Shown here: positions 49,756-62,426 of the stretch, piece after piece
How positions within the stretch are numbered: position 1 is the first letter of the stretch
Layout of the letters: every line of letters begins with the position of its first letter
The notes under the pieces: model-generated
The model's input: the letters and a program-made list of their open reading frames with translations, nothing else
Database searches by the model: none
What the model was told of the DNA's origin: nothing
Position numbers and translations under genes: made by a program
From: Blepharisma stoltei ATCC 30299
Lineage: Eukaryota > Protista > Ciliophora
Reading direction: 5' to 3'
Assembly: GCA_965603825.1 (NCBI GenBank)
Contig: CBFDEM010000045.1
Span: 124,001-188,000, forward strand
DNA length: 64,000 nucleotides

Positions 49756-50884
49756 TTACATATCTTTTGAGTCTGGCAATTGCTCAATTAAACTTCTCCA
49801 GTTAAACTTGCTTTTATTAAAAAGCTCATTATGAGGATACACTCTTTCTGTTTTCGTTTTAAAAGGGTTATGAATTCTATTATCCTGATATTTCAACAGC
49901 ACATTAGCTAACGATTTATAATTTGCAACAAGCTCAGAAATTTCATCATTATTTCTTTTAAGCTATTTATATCAAGATTCCCTAAAAATTCACTTTCTAC
50001 TGCATGTGAATTAATTTTATTGGTAAAATCCGCAATCTTTTGCAAAGGGCTTCTTATAGATCTCGATGAACAATGAATTATCATAATAATTACAGCTAAA
50101 ATAACTCCACCACAAAATATAAAAAACCCTATTAAAACTCCTCCGAATTCTTCGATTTTATTTCTGCTGTCGCTTCCATAAGTCGTAATATCTCTCTCCT
50201 TTACAAAAAACATAAGAACATACCATCATTCGTCATTATTTTGACTCCCTATTGGGAATCTAGCAACTCTATATACTTCATCGTGAAAAACCATAAAATG
50301 GATCCCTTTAGGCTTAGCCAATACTTTTCCCCAAAAATGGGAATCTTCTAGCTGGGTAATTGAGCCATAGGAATTGCTTCACCATCCTTTTCCATTGCGT
50401 TTTAAAATCTGGCCACTCTTGTGGACAAGGGCTGTGTCCCCTTTTCCTAGTTATTTTAGCTCTTTAAGGTCTTGATATATAAATATGACAGGCAAATCAG
50501 CTAATATAACCCCAATATTTTTATTGTTGTTATCAGTAAGTGATGTCGCCAATGAAATTATACCAAGAAGATTCCCTAAGTAGCTAGGGTACCCAGTTGT
50601 CGCTGAATTTGTAGCATTATTTTGTTTATAAGCTATATATCAAGTTTGGTTTGTAGGTCTATAAGTATTAGTAATGTAACTTCCTGGATAAGTGATCATA
50701 AATTGCCTTCATCAAAATACATCATATATCTTATGACAGTCTGAAAAGCCAATACAAGTGTCGTGGGCCAAATATTATTAAACCTAGACACTTTTTTGAT
50801 CAAACTATACGATACGTTAAAAATCTCTCCAAAAGTTTTATAACAGCTATAAGTAAAACACACCCTTTGGTTCCCATACAAATT
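49756..50884 (-). pseudogene. 5'-truncated pseudogene copy of the dCache-HAMP gene
   Basis: TAC>TAA at 50451-50453 and small frameshifting deletions near 50700 and 49952. Confidence 0.85.
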
Positions 50885-51110
50885 CTTTAATTTTGATGAC
50901 TTGGTATTGAACGATTTCGTCAGAGGCAAATTTTTGTTAGATTGAGGCACCGACCATGACTTGGACATAGTCATCGCCATCAGAAATGACGAGACGGTAG
51001 CGGGTTGTGCCGAGAAGCTTGATGCCGAGGATCTGCACAGTTGGCTTTAGATCGTTGCAGGATACGCCTGAGTTGATAGAGCGGACAGCTCTTTTAGTTA
51101 GAAGTGACAT
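50880..51110 (-). pseudogene. RPA1 5' fragment pseudogene
   Basis: Copy of RPA1 codons 1-~77 with CAA>TAA at 50937-50939. Confidence 0.85.
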
Positions 51111-51390
51111 TTAATTTTTAAAAGATTGAGCGGTAGAGCCATAATATAGCCTAGGCATTTTTCCTAACTAGCCTGGGCCTTTTTCTAGCACAGATTGCCG
51201 ATAATTATGATGCCGTAAAGGAGCTGGCTTGACTAAATCCAAATCTATTTTTGGCAGATATATAGCAGCTATAGAATTGATAACAGTGATAACTACAATC
51301 ATTTTATTTGAGGATAAATCCAAATATTCTATTAATTATCATAAAATAATATTTTGAAAAGCTTAAAATTGCCTCTCATTTTAATAATAA

Positions 51391-54300
51391 ATGCTTAAAG
51401 CAAAGCGTCATTTTTCATGGCAGCTTACACGCTTTGCAGAGCATCCTGACTTTAAAATAGCCTCAAATATTTACACACATACTGCTCTTGGTTCAAAACT
51501 AATTCACTTAAAATCTCCAGACCCTTTAAAAGCATTTGGACTTCTTTTTCGCACAAAATCTGAAAATGATAAAGGTCTTCCTCATTCTTTAGAACGTCTC
51601 TGCTTATGTGGATCTCAAAATTATCCTATAAAAGACCCTTTCTCGAAGATGGGTAGCAGGTCATTAAATTCTTATATGAATTCTTGAACTGGCTCAGATT
51701 TTACAATGTTCCCTTTTAGTACTCAAAATACAAAAGATTTCAGCAATTTATTAAATCTTTACTTGGATTCTGCTTTTTTCCCACTATTAAAATTAAGCGA
51801 TTTTAAAAAAGAAATTTGGAGAATTGATACAAATCAAGAGAAAATCCAATTCCAAGGAAACTTATATGGAGACATGAAAACTGCTGCGAACGATCCTGAT
51901 AATTTTTTATTGCATTTTATAAATAGATTTTTATTTGAAGGAACGTCTTATCAGTATAATAGTGGAGGAGATTTTTTAGCCATTCCTACTATGAAGTATG
52001 AAGAATTAATTGATTATCATAAGAAATTTTATCATCCTTCTAATGCAACCTTTTTCTTTTATGGTGATTTAGATATACAAAAGCACATAAATGAACTCGA
52101 AGAGCATGCATTAAATAAATTCACTAAACAAGAAATTGACTCTGAAATCAAATTAGCGCCTAGAAGACAGCACCCTTTAGAAATGACTGCAAGAATCCCT
52201 ATGGGCTGAAAACCAATTGACCCAAACCGTCCATCCCAATTTTCTATGACTTTTCTCTGCAATGAAATTTCTAAAGACCCCTACTTAACCTTTTGTATGG
52301 GAATTTTAAGCTCATTACTATTAGAAGGGCCAGGCACACCATTTTATAAATCCTTGCTAGAAAGCGGACTAGGACGAAATTATATAGCTGGCAGCGGTTA
52401 TGACACAACAACAAAAGAAGCCACTTTTACCTTTGGAGTCACAGGGATGAATGATGCTGATAGCAGAAAGGTAGAAAACGCCATTTTAAAAACCTTACAA
52501 GTCTGTATGAATGAAGAATTTGATTTAAATATGATTGAATCTACCCTTCATCAGATTGAAATCAGAAATAAAGAAATTAAACCAAATTATGGGCTTTTGT
52601 TGATATCGTCAATGATTCCTTATGCGCTGCATGGAGAAGACCCTTTGCCACCTTTATATATAAATAAATATATAAATAGGTTGAGGGAAGAGCTGGCACA
52701 AGGAATTCCGGTTTTTCAGAATTTGATAAGAGAGCAGCTGTGAAATAATCAGCACAAGCTAATATTGACTTCACATCTTGATCCTAAATTGATGAAAAAT
52801 TGGCTTGAAGAAGAAAAAAATAACATAGAAAAATTAGAGATAGTAAAAGAAGAAAATAAAGAAGAAGAAGAAATTGATGAAGGCTCATTAGAAAAGGTAA
52901 ATACTCAAAACACAGAAATCCAAGCATTAAATTCTTTACCCACACTATTACCTACTGATGTTGGTATCGAGGTAGAAAAAATCGAATATGCAAAAACGCA
53001 TGAGATCAATGGAATTCCATTAAAGTTCATATTGCAGCCAACTAATGGAATCACATATATAAGGATAAAATTTGACGTAATAGACCTCCCAGTCGACCTC
53101 GGAGGCTTATTTCCTTTATATACAGAGCTCGTTAGCAAGCTCGGCACATCAAAGTATCCTTATGAAACCTTCGAAAAAATGAAAGAACTCTACACAATTT
53201 CCGGCCTGAATCTTGACCCCTTTATTTCATGTGATTTAAACACAATTGATCGCCATACAGAGCAGCTTTTATTAGAAATCGGAAGCTTAGACCATAATCT
53301 TCACAATGCATTTGACATTTTATCTGATTTTTTAATCCAGCCAAATTTCAATGACTATGAAAGACTGACATCAGAAATCCAAAAAAGCACCAAAAAAAGA
53401 GCTGATGGTCTAAATAGAGATGGGCTGGCTTATGCTATAAGTTTATCGGCTTCTTCTATTACTTCAGCTGCTAATTCTTACGAAAAATTACAAACACTGA
53501 ACCATGACTGTAATCTTGCCAGCCTAATCCAAAATTCTTTATCTACAAAGAAGGTTATTGATGATGTGATTTTTAGGCTAAAACAAATACATAGCTTTCT
53601 CATGCAAAAAGGAAGAATTTCTATATTAATACATAGCTCAGATTTATCTCAGTCTGCAGAAATTATTGAAAGATTTGAGTTGTTAACAAATGCTTTGAGT
53701 ATTGAATATCCGAAATTTAATGAAAAAATTGAAAAAATTACATTGGAAAGGTTTGAGCCGTTTTTGTATCAAATTTATTTTACACTCCCTATGCAGGTTA
53801 ACCATGTAGTCGAAACTTATATGGGAACATCTCTGTTAAATAAAGATTATCCAGCTTTGCTTGTATTATCTGAATTAATGACGCTAAATATTCTTAATCA
53901 TGAGCTGAGAGAAAAGGGTGGAGCATATGACGCAGGCTGCAGAGTTAATCCTAGCAATGGAACAATTACGATATTTTCACACCGAGACCCAAATAATTTA
54001 AAAGTTTATAATGCCTTTGAAAAATCTATACAAGCTTATTCAAGCGGAGAATTTGGGTATTATTTATATAGGGATAATAAAATAGATGAAGCTAAATTAG
54101 CGACTTTTGCGAAGGTTGATAAGCCACTTCCAGCATATCAGAAAGGATTAGCAATGTTTATTAACAGTAAATTATATTTAGATGTTACTAATGAAATGAG
54201 ACAAAGTATGAGAGAACAAATATTGGAAGTAAAAAGAGATGATTTAATTAGGGTAAACCATGATTATTTAATGAAGCCTTTGGAAAAAGGATTAAGCTCG

Positions 54301-54411
54301 AGAATCATTTTTGGAGTGGAGAAAGTTGAAAAAACTGTGCTAAGAGAAGCTGGGTGGATTGTTCAAAGACCAATTGAAATAGTGTCAGATAAACTTAATG
54401 CAGAATCCTAA
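51391..54411 (+). CDS. Presequence protease (PreP/PITRM1/Cym1, M16C)-like protein, catalytically degenerate
   Basis: Four ORFs join via three TGA codons. GLPHSLERLCLCGS, KDPF, NS(W)T, QPTNGITY and LREKGGAY. Two probable 15-nt introns. Confidence 0.88.
54057..54071 (+). other. Probable 15-nt in-frame intron
   Basis: GTATTATTTATATAG, A at position 10, no in-frame stop. Confidence 0.75.
54167..54181 (+). other. Probable 15-nt in-frame intron
   Basis: GTAAATTATATTTAG; splicing gives MFINNVTNEMRQ, which better fits PreP spacing. Confidence 0.8.
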
Positions 54412-54721
54412 TAAAAACTTATACGTAATAATCGATCATAATAAAATAGCACAGATTCAGCTCTAGAAATCTTCTATTTTAGTAAGTATGGGATTGGTGA
54501 TTTGAAAAGTATCGAAGCTATTTTGATGATATATTAGCTTCTTTTTAAAAACATTATTATAAGGCATTTTAGATTTGATTTATAGTGATAGAAAAGCTAA
54601 ATAGGATATATCTTGTTTATATGTTTAGAGCTTAAACTCATCTTTAAAATTAAACAAGAAAAACTGTTTACTGATACTAAGCGCTCCATTTAATTATTCA
54701 TATCCACGATTTATTATTCAC

Positions 54722-56422
54722 TTAAAACTCTTCAAGCTCACTAATATTAACCGGAGGTTTCCAATAATTATATTCACTATATTCATCCTCTCCTATTTTC
54801 TGTATTTCTTCCACTTTATTTTCCACTTCAGGTTCACAAATTTCTTCACTATTTTCTTTTCTTTCCTCTTCTTTCTTTTCCTCTTCTTGCTGCTGAATCG
54901 TACTTTCCGGTAAATCATAATCTTGCTCACTTCCCAGCCTTGACCTCGTTCCAGCCGGTTTTCCTCCTAGCTCTATACAATCCAGCCTATTTTGTGGAAT
55001 CAAAAAGCTGCTTACAAACATTTTCCACTCATTTGATTCACCTAATAAATTATCAATTGTAGGATATGACGAATTTTCGATTATTAAATTTCCTATTTTT
55101 GTGGCATAGCCTAAATGGCCTTTTCTGATATCAATTTTTTGGTTTGGAATAATCTGAGATTGCATTAGTTCATAAAGTCTCTGTGGAAGCTCAGCTTGCG
55201 ATAGTAGCTGAATATAAATTACTGAGAGTTTCAAGGCGTCTGATTTAGTTTCAAAAATTGAGCTGATAAGCTTATAATAAGCATTGTGGAGAAATGAATT
55301 CCAATAGTTTTGGAACATTAAATCCTAAATTATAGTTACTGTAGAAATTTTGAGAATTTGGGAATCTGCAAGAAGAGTGTTGAATCTTTGAGAAGGAATT
55401 TTGATGGCTGAAGCCAAAATTTCAATCATTCTGATTTTACCTTCACCTAAAATTGGTATTTCTTCATTAAATGAAGTTCTGATAGTTCCTTCATCATTTT
55501 TTAGTATGTTTTCAATCTGTTCCATATATTTAACCATTTCAGATATAATTTTTTGATCCTCTTCATCAATAATTTTATTATCATCATCACTATTATCAGG
55601 ATCAGGCATATCCACATTATTAAATAAGCAGCATAAAAGCCTTGATGCTTCTTTTTTCACTATGGGATTTCCTTCAAAAACCTGCTTAAAAATATGTTCA
55701 ATGCACTCATCGCCTAATAAATACCCAAAAATATATCCCCAGTTTTTTATTTGTGCCTTTTTTGATACGATTTCAATGAGCAAGCTACTTGCGTTGTAAA
55801 CAGTTTCTATTGTATTTTCAGAAGAAATGCAATAGACAACTTTTTCAATTAAATCGAAAAGTGCATCTTGAAATTCAGGATTTCCATATTCCTCACACAA
55901 TAAAAGTCTTCCTATAAGATCTGCCAAACTTTTGCTGTAAAAATGCCTAATTATCAAGTCTATACGATTTTCATCATGTAAAAACCTCAGAACTTCATAA
56001 GCCGAAGTTGATAATAGAGACTGCATAACTTTACTTAAATAGCCTAATGAAGTGATATTAAGGCACTCTTGGCTATTTAAATAGCTATAAAGCTTTTCTA
56101 AAAGCGCATTTCCTTTAATTATTCTGTTGTTGATTTCTTGAGAGCTGCAAGCTAAAAACTCACAAGCCACAAAAGGGTATTTAAATCTAAGTTTAGAATC
56201 GAGATATTCAGGAGGCTCAGCAATAAGATAATTTATTAGAACTTCCAGTTTTGCGTTATCAAGGAAATCCAGAAATTTTTTATTTGATAACCTAAGCTCA
56301 GCTGCAGCATCATCGCCATAGTCCATTACTGCTTCAAGAGTGAGGCCTTCTTTATCGAAGATTTTATCAAAAGCTGGGGAACTTTGACGAAATCTTGCTC
56401 TTCCAAGCATTCCTAAGTTCAT
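54722..56422 (-). CDS. SIT4/PP6 phosphatase-associated (SAPS) regulatory subunit
   Basis: RFKYPFVACEFL, YWNSFLHN and GHLGYATKIGN; intron at 55325-55339. Confidence 0.88.
55325..55339 (-). other. 15-nt intron (SAPS gene)
   Basis: GTAACTATAATTTAG with in-frame TAG. Confidence 0.9.
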
Positions 56423-56756
56423 TAAATGTCTATATTTATAATAAAAACCAACAAAAACTAAAAAATTTTCATATAAAGTAAAAATGATAAGATAGAAAAG
56501 AAAAAAACTGCTATATAAATAGTAAAAATTTAATAGTTCAATGAGGTATGAGACAGCTTAAAATACTTTATATTTAAGTTATATTTATACAAAAGAAATT
56601 TGAATATGATAAGAAATCAACAAAAATAGCTATTTTTATCATAATTAATTTAAATGTATATTAATATATTAATCTCTTATTAAAACTTATTATTTTCAAC
56701 TTTTCTTTGTTTCACCAGAGGTCAATATGCAGTTATTCATATAATATAAAACAATT

Positions 56757-56882
56757 ATACCTCCGTCTAAGAATTCAAAATGATTGAGGAAGCGAAGGTT
56801 TTGTTAGGTTAGGGCTAGGCTGGCCTCAAAATAGGCTTTATCTGCGATAACACTAACAGAGGTGACGCAGGATAGAGAGGTT
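56757..56882. ncRNA. Candidate structured non-coding RNA (family unassigned)
   Basis: GC-enriched island in an AT-rich intergenic gap with several complementary stems; see findings. Confidence 0.35.
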
Positions 56883-56966
56883 AAACTTTAAGATAATAAT
56901 AAATTAAACCCAATGCGAGCAATTAATGATAAATAAGTTATTTATTCTCAAATTACTTTTAAATAT

Positions 56967-59000
56967 TTATTCTTTAATTGAAAGTGCCGCATTCGCCAAC
57001 AATTCTTCATTGCACATACAATATTTTGCAGGCACATGCAGCGAAGATGCTAAGTCTTCACAAGGTCCTTCATACTTATCCAGCCTATTTACAAAGAGCA
57101 GTTGCGATCCTCTCTTCCTATTTCTATAAAAAATCTGATCCGTTCTAAACGACCCCGGTCTTAACGCTCTTTTCCTCGATTTAATCAGCCATAAAATTTC
57201 AAATTTGGCTCCCCCTTCCACAAGAACATGCACTTTAATCATCTCCTGTGTCTTATCAATAGGTACCCCCCAAACTTCTAAAATTTCTTGCAAAACTAAC
57301 TGTTTGCATACTTTCTTTAGCCTAAACGTCATATGTAGCTGCATATTTAAAAAATAAAGCGTCTCAATTAGCATTTCATCAACCAATTTCATGACTTCTT
57401 TATAATCTTTTTCATTTTTTACAATATCTTTCATATACTCAAAAGATCGGCAGCTACATAGCCATGCATCAATACTAAATTCATTACAAGTTGTATTATC
57501 AGGGGTATAAGCAGTCATTAAATTTCTAGAAGCCCCAAAATCTACACCAGTGGTTAGTTCTGCTAAATGTAGAGTTAGGTATCTTTGATGGATTTTTGTA
57601 GTCAGTCTATGTGTGTTATGGACTAAATTGTCTATTGAGTTAGGAACTTTTGAAAGCAAGCTATCTGAGGCGATGAAAAAGAAAGCGGGGAGTCTTCATT
57701 CAACTGCAGCTTCTTCAGTGCTCCATCATTCGCCATATCTCATGCCATGGTCTCCTTCTAAGATAATGGCTACTTCTTCTTCTCTTGAAAGAATTTTCTT
57801 TAAAAATGCAGTTAGTTCTTCGTCAAGGGTAATTGCATGGAGCCCTGTGGACTCGTGGCCTGCGTCTAGGTGCATGTTGATTCATTTATTGGTATCTGGA
57901 TAAATTTCAAGCAGCTCCCAAGCGTAGTCTAATATGTAATCATGGGCCATTTTTTGGCCTATGCACCTTTGCTGATTGATATCGTCTTTTAAGTCGGCGA
58001 AATCAGCATATTTGACAGCTGCGCAATAAAATTCGTTTATTGTGTAGTCAACTGGGACGTCTCTTCCGAGAACTGGGGCGAATTGTTCATTGCAGCTGTC
58101 CATAGCCATTAGTGATATAAATCCATAAACTCTTAATAAGTTTCATAAATCAGGTGGATAAGGATTTTTTTGTTTCATTCTTTCTAGATAGTTAATCCCT
58201 GAATAAACATAAACTTGGTTTTCTATACTTGCATGGTCTTGGATATTATGAATTTTAAAGTCAAAAACTTTATGTGTAGAATTTTCATTCAGACTGTTTA
58301 AGTATGCCACTGTTGTAGGGAGTTTTCTTATGAAATGTCTGCGTGATAAGCTATCACAAGCTATATGGACAATTGTGATAGGCTTTTTTAAAATCCCTTT
58401 ATGAGCTTTTGTGTTTTCTTTAGCAAGTTTATGAAGAGTTTCATTATATCGAGGCCTCATAATAGGAATATCAAATTTTCCAAAGGTTTCGCATGAAGCT
58501 AAAATAAATTCTTCAGAGTTTAGCTTTGCAGGGTGACCTGGATAGCTGTGAACGTCTCATTCATTGCCAACTCGATTTACAAGCTTAAATCCGGGTTTAT
58601 TTCCTGAGACATAGCGCCCTTTAGCACCATTCAAGCATTCTAATTTCAATAAATTGCTATTGTAATCTAAGCTAATATTTGCTTTTTTCGAATTAATTTG
58701 TGAGCATTTTGGGTATTTTTTGTATGGGAAAATTGTGTCACCATCCTTTTTTGAGTATCCTCAATTTGTAGGTAAACAAGCTAGTCTGTCTCTTAAGTAT
58801 TCGAGATCTGAAGTACTGTCAAGTAAAATAGGTTCTGGGAAATCCAAATTTTCAGGGACTGTATTTGTATTATTACTCATTCAGCTGTGCTTAAGTTGGT
58901 AAGGTGTAGCTATATTTTTTTTATTGTCAAAACTTGGCGAAATTACTAAAAATCCGATTCAAATAAAAATAAGCAGAGCCAAAGTATAATAATTTTTCAT
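56967..59000 (-). CDS. DUF229-like (alkaline phosphatase/sulfatase superfamily) membrane-anchored protein
   Basis: One frame via TGA codons from ATG 59000. N-terminal TM, DSLSRRHFIRKLP, GDHGMRYG and HRLTT. Confidence 0.75.
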
Positions 59001-59059
59001 AAAGCCCTTTTATATTAAATCCTTAATTAATCTCAATTAAGAATATTTTTATATCTAAT

Positions 59060-59884
59060 TTAGTCCATTCTTTCCACTCTCAGCTCAGACTGCCCTAGCA
59101 GGATGATATCATTTTCAAAAACCTCGGTTTTTACCGATTTGGTCTGTTTTTCAATTGTATAAGTTGTGTGAAAATATCGATACAATTTTTTGCTGTCAAG
59201 AGCCTTGATTATCCATATTCCATTTACACATAAAATTTCTGCATGTTTTCTTGTCAACGTCAAATCGGGGTTATAAATAAAGTCGTCTTTTGCCCTTCCC
59301 AGGGTAACTCTTTTATTTTCAATCACATATCGTGCCCTATCAGAATCCATGAGGCCAAAAGTTACTGTTAATGAGTTTGAGCCATTTACCTCTTGAACTT
59401 CTAAAATGCAATTTCCTGCTTTTAGTGCAAGTCCAGGGAATAATAACAATGATTTTTCTATAATCTTGCATGAAATTAATTGTATTGATGGGGCTTCTTG
59501 AATCAAAAGATGACCCTTTTCAACGGTCAATTCAATTTGGTTATCATTAAAATAAGGAAATCAAAGATCTGGCTTCCCTAAGGAATTAGTTTTGCCAATT
59601 GCAAATTTCTTACCTTCTATAATATATTGGTCCTTGTTGTCTAAAATAAGCATCCAATGGTCAGTTTTTTCTTCTTCTTCTTTTACTTCTTTAGGTTTTA
59701 TGCTAGTTTTCAGGCTGCTTAGATCGATAAATCTCACTAAATCTTTTATTGAAGTCTCTCCTCATGTATTTAAGCAGCTTGGTATTACCTTAATATTTTT
59801 TTCCCAATTATTATCTAAATCTTCGATTCCTGGGATCTCTTGGCGCACATTAAAATGCCCTCCTTTTCTTGAATCATCCCACAT
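59060..59884 (-). CDS. FHA-domain-like protein
   Basis: VTLGR...LTRKHAEI...DIILLGQSEL; extended upstream through two TGA codons. Confidence 0.6.
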
Positions 59885-59980
59885 TTATAATTGTATCATT
59901 CTAAAATTATAGATAATTCTAAAAATAATTGCAAATATGGAAGATCGTAGCAAAATAATTTAATTTAAATTATAGATACA

Positions 59981-61345
59981 CTATTCTCTTCTGTTTGATA
60001 TTGACACAACTTCTTGTTCTTCCACAGTTTGAAGCACTCCGGACCGTGAAGGACTTGCCGCCTCATTGCCCCAGTTGAAGTTCATAGAAGTGTTGATGCT
60101 GACTGAGTTGTCGAATTGGCTGGTTATCATGGTATTTTCTGAATTTTTGAAGTCTTTCTTGCAGAGGCAGCAGTATGTTTTGTCTCGGAACCACAAATCT
60201 ATGCAATTTTTGTGGTAAGTGTGGTCACAGGAAAGTTCTCTTACGTAGTCCTTGGGGGTGAAGTTATCGAGACAGATAGGACAAGTTATGGTTTCTAGGT
60301 TGGAGTCTTTGACTTTGTAAAGCTTTTTTGGAAAATTTTCTTTAATAAACTGTTTATCGATTGCTCATTCTTGGTAATAAACTCTTGGGTCATTTGCTGC
60401 TGATTTACTATGTTTATATATAGCAAAAATTACCCATCCCATAATAAAAGCTGCAGACAGCCCAATTAAAATCCAAAATATTACCATCTTATCGCTTCCA
60501 CCTCCTGAACTTTTAGTGATAGTTACCTTGACACTAGTAGCATGATCGTTGTCATTAATAATTTCAAAATATCAATAAGACCCAGAACTCACAGAATATT
60601 TTATATCATATCCACTTGCCTTGCTTTTTCATTCATAAACAGTCGGTAAAGCTGTTTTATAATTATCTGACTTATTTTTTATATACATTGTAATAGAAGT
60701 CCCATAAGAAATAAACTCAATCTTCACATCGTTATCTTGATGAAGAAAAACTGCATATTTAATTTGATTTTGTGTTAAACTCAAATACCCCGGTTGAGAT
60801 TCCACTAATTGAGCTGCGTCTATACTGCAATCATTTCCTATATAATTTGCATTACAAACGCATATTCCTTCGTTGCATGTCCCTTGAGGATCTGAGCATC
60901 CATTCACACAAATAACTGTTTTAGACTCAGCTACTGAGAGTGTATAAGCGCATGTAGCATTAGGAGAATAGATACCAATAAATAAAGAATTTTCGTCATA
61001 TTCATCAGGGTATAGAATTAAATTGTGGGATTTTGAGGCTAAGTATCAGTCGTCGCGGTCAATTTGGTCACAATCAAAATCTTTCCCTGAATTTGTAGGA
61101 ATGTCTCCACTTTTAGTCATAAGGACTGCGTTTTCTCCAACAGCAAATATTGCTTTGATTGAGAGATAAGAAGAGGAGGAAGATAAGCCTTGAACCTGAA
61201 AATATTGCCAATCAGCAGATTGAGACTTGGAAATGGCTTGGTTAAGAACTATTATGTCGATGCTTTGAGAAGCTCCAAGACATGATACAATTAGCAATAA
61301 AAATTTTCAAAATAATCGTCTGGTTGGAGCAAGAAAAATTACCAT
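59981..61345 (-). CDS. Type I membrane RING-H2 E3 ligase with extracellular EGF-like domain
   Basis: Signal-like N-terminus, CVNGCS...GTC..GICVC...YIGNDC, a TM segment and CPICL...LSCDHTYHKNCIDLW...CCLC, all in one frame via TGA codons. Confidence 0.82.
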
Positions 61346-61499
61346 TTTAACTGTTTCTAATTGTTTTAACAAAGGAGAGCTTATTCTCTTTATCTTATCC
61401 TTGCTAAGATACTAATTTACTATTTGCGCCAAAAATATAAAATAAACCTTTAAGTATTTCTTTACTAAAAATGCTAATTTTTATATCATTTACTATAAA

Positions 61500-62426
61500 T
61501 TATTTATTATCAAGAGCCAGCCCTGCCAAACTTCTATCCTTCATAATTTTTGTAACGATATTAGAAAGTACTCTTTTCGCCCCTACCTCCGTAAACATAT
61601 TGGACCCATTTGACAGCACAAATTCCATTCCTCTCAAAAACATCGCAGGATTTGTAATATTATCAACCAAACTTTGCTTAATTTCTTGCGGATCAGTGAA
61701 TCCTTTAGAATGCGTATTTGAAATGACCGGAATTTGTGAAGGCTTTACATCCATCTTGTCAAGCTCTTCTTTTACTCTATCAGCAGCTGGTTTCATAAGT
61801 CTACAGTGAAATGGTGCAGACACATTTAAAGATTTCACAGGAATTTCATATTTTTCTAATAGATAATTAGTGACTGTATCCACACTGTCACGGGTCCCAC
61901 TCAGGACGACTTGTTTGTCATGGTTAACTCCTGCGATTTCACATATTCCATCGATTTTTATTTCATTTAATGTATTTCTTACAGTTTCTTCTGAAGCTGC
62001 TACTGCAGTCATTCTGATTGCTAGACCTTCGACTGACTCTTGCATAGCTTTTCCTCGTATATAAGCAATTTTTACACCTTGCTCAATTGTTAAAGCTCCG
62101 CTTATGACACAAGCGGAGTATTCGCCTAGAGAATGGCCTAATGCGTATGCAAAATCTGTTGGTTTGATGCCATGGGCTTGGTTTAAGTAGTTTCAATGGA
62201 GGATTGATGAGACCATGATTGCTGGCTGGGCGAACTCAGTTAAGTTTAATTCAGATTCAGGGCCTTCTTTCATCAATTTTGAAAGCTAATTAGAAAATAC
62301 TGGAAGACCAAGAGCTTCGTCTACATGGGCTAAGATTTCACTACACCATGGATATTGTTCGAACTGCTCAACCATGCCAACAAATTGGATACCTTGTCCT
62401 GGGAGTAAAAGAACACGCTTTATCAT
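61500..62426 (-). CDS. MCAT: Malonyl-CoA:ACP transacylase (FabD/MCAT)
   Basis: LPGQGIQFVGM, TEFAQPA, GHSLGEY and VSAPFH; intron at 62286-62300. Confidence 0.92.
62286..62300 (-). other. 15-nt intron (MCAT)
   Basis: GTATTTTCTAATTAG with in-frame TAG. Confidence 0.9.

Larger units (their letters stand above)
49557..51148 (+). repeat. Segmental duplicate of ~1-1316 fused to ~5721-5988
   Basis: Near-identical, same-orientation sequence with an AAATT junction at 50880-50884. The left end may extend beyond what the window allows me to compare. Confidence 0.92.

Noticed and set aside
50696-50980. 94-aa ORF as a functional fusion protein
   Set aside because: It uses an off-frame reading of RPA1 and ends at a frameshift in a pseudogene.
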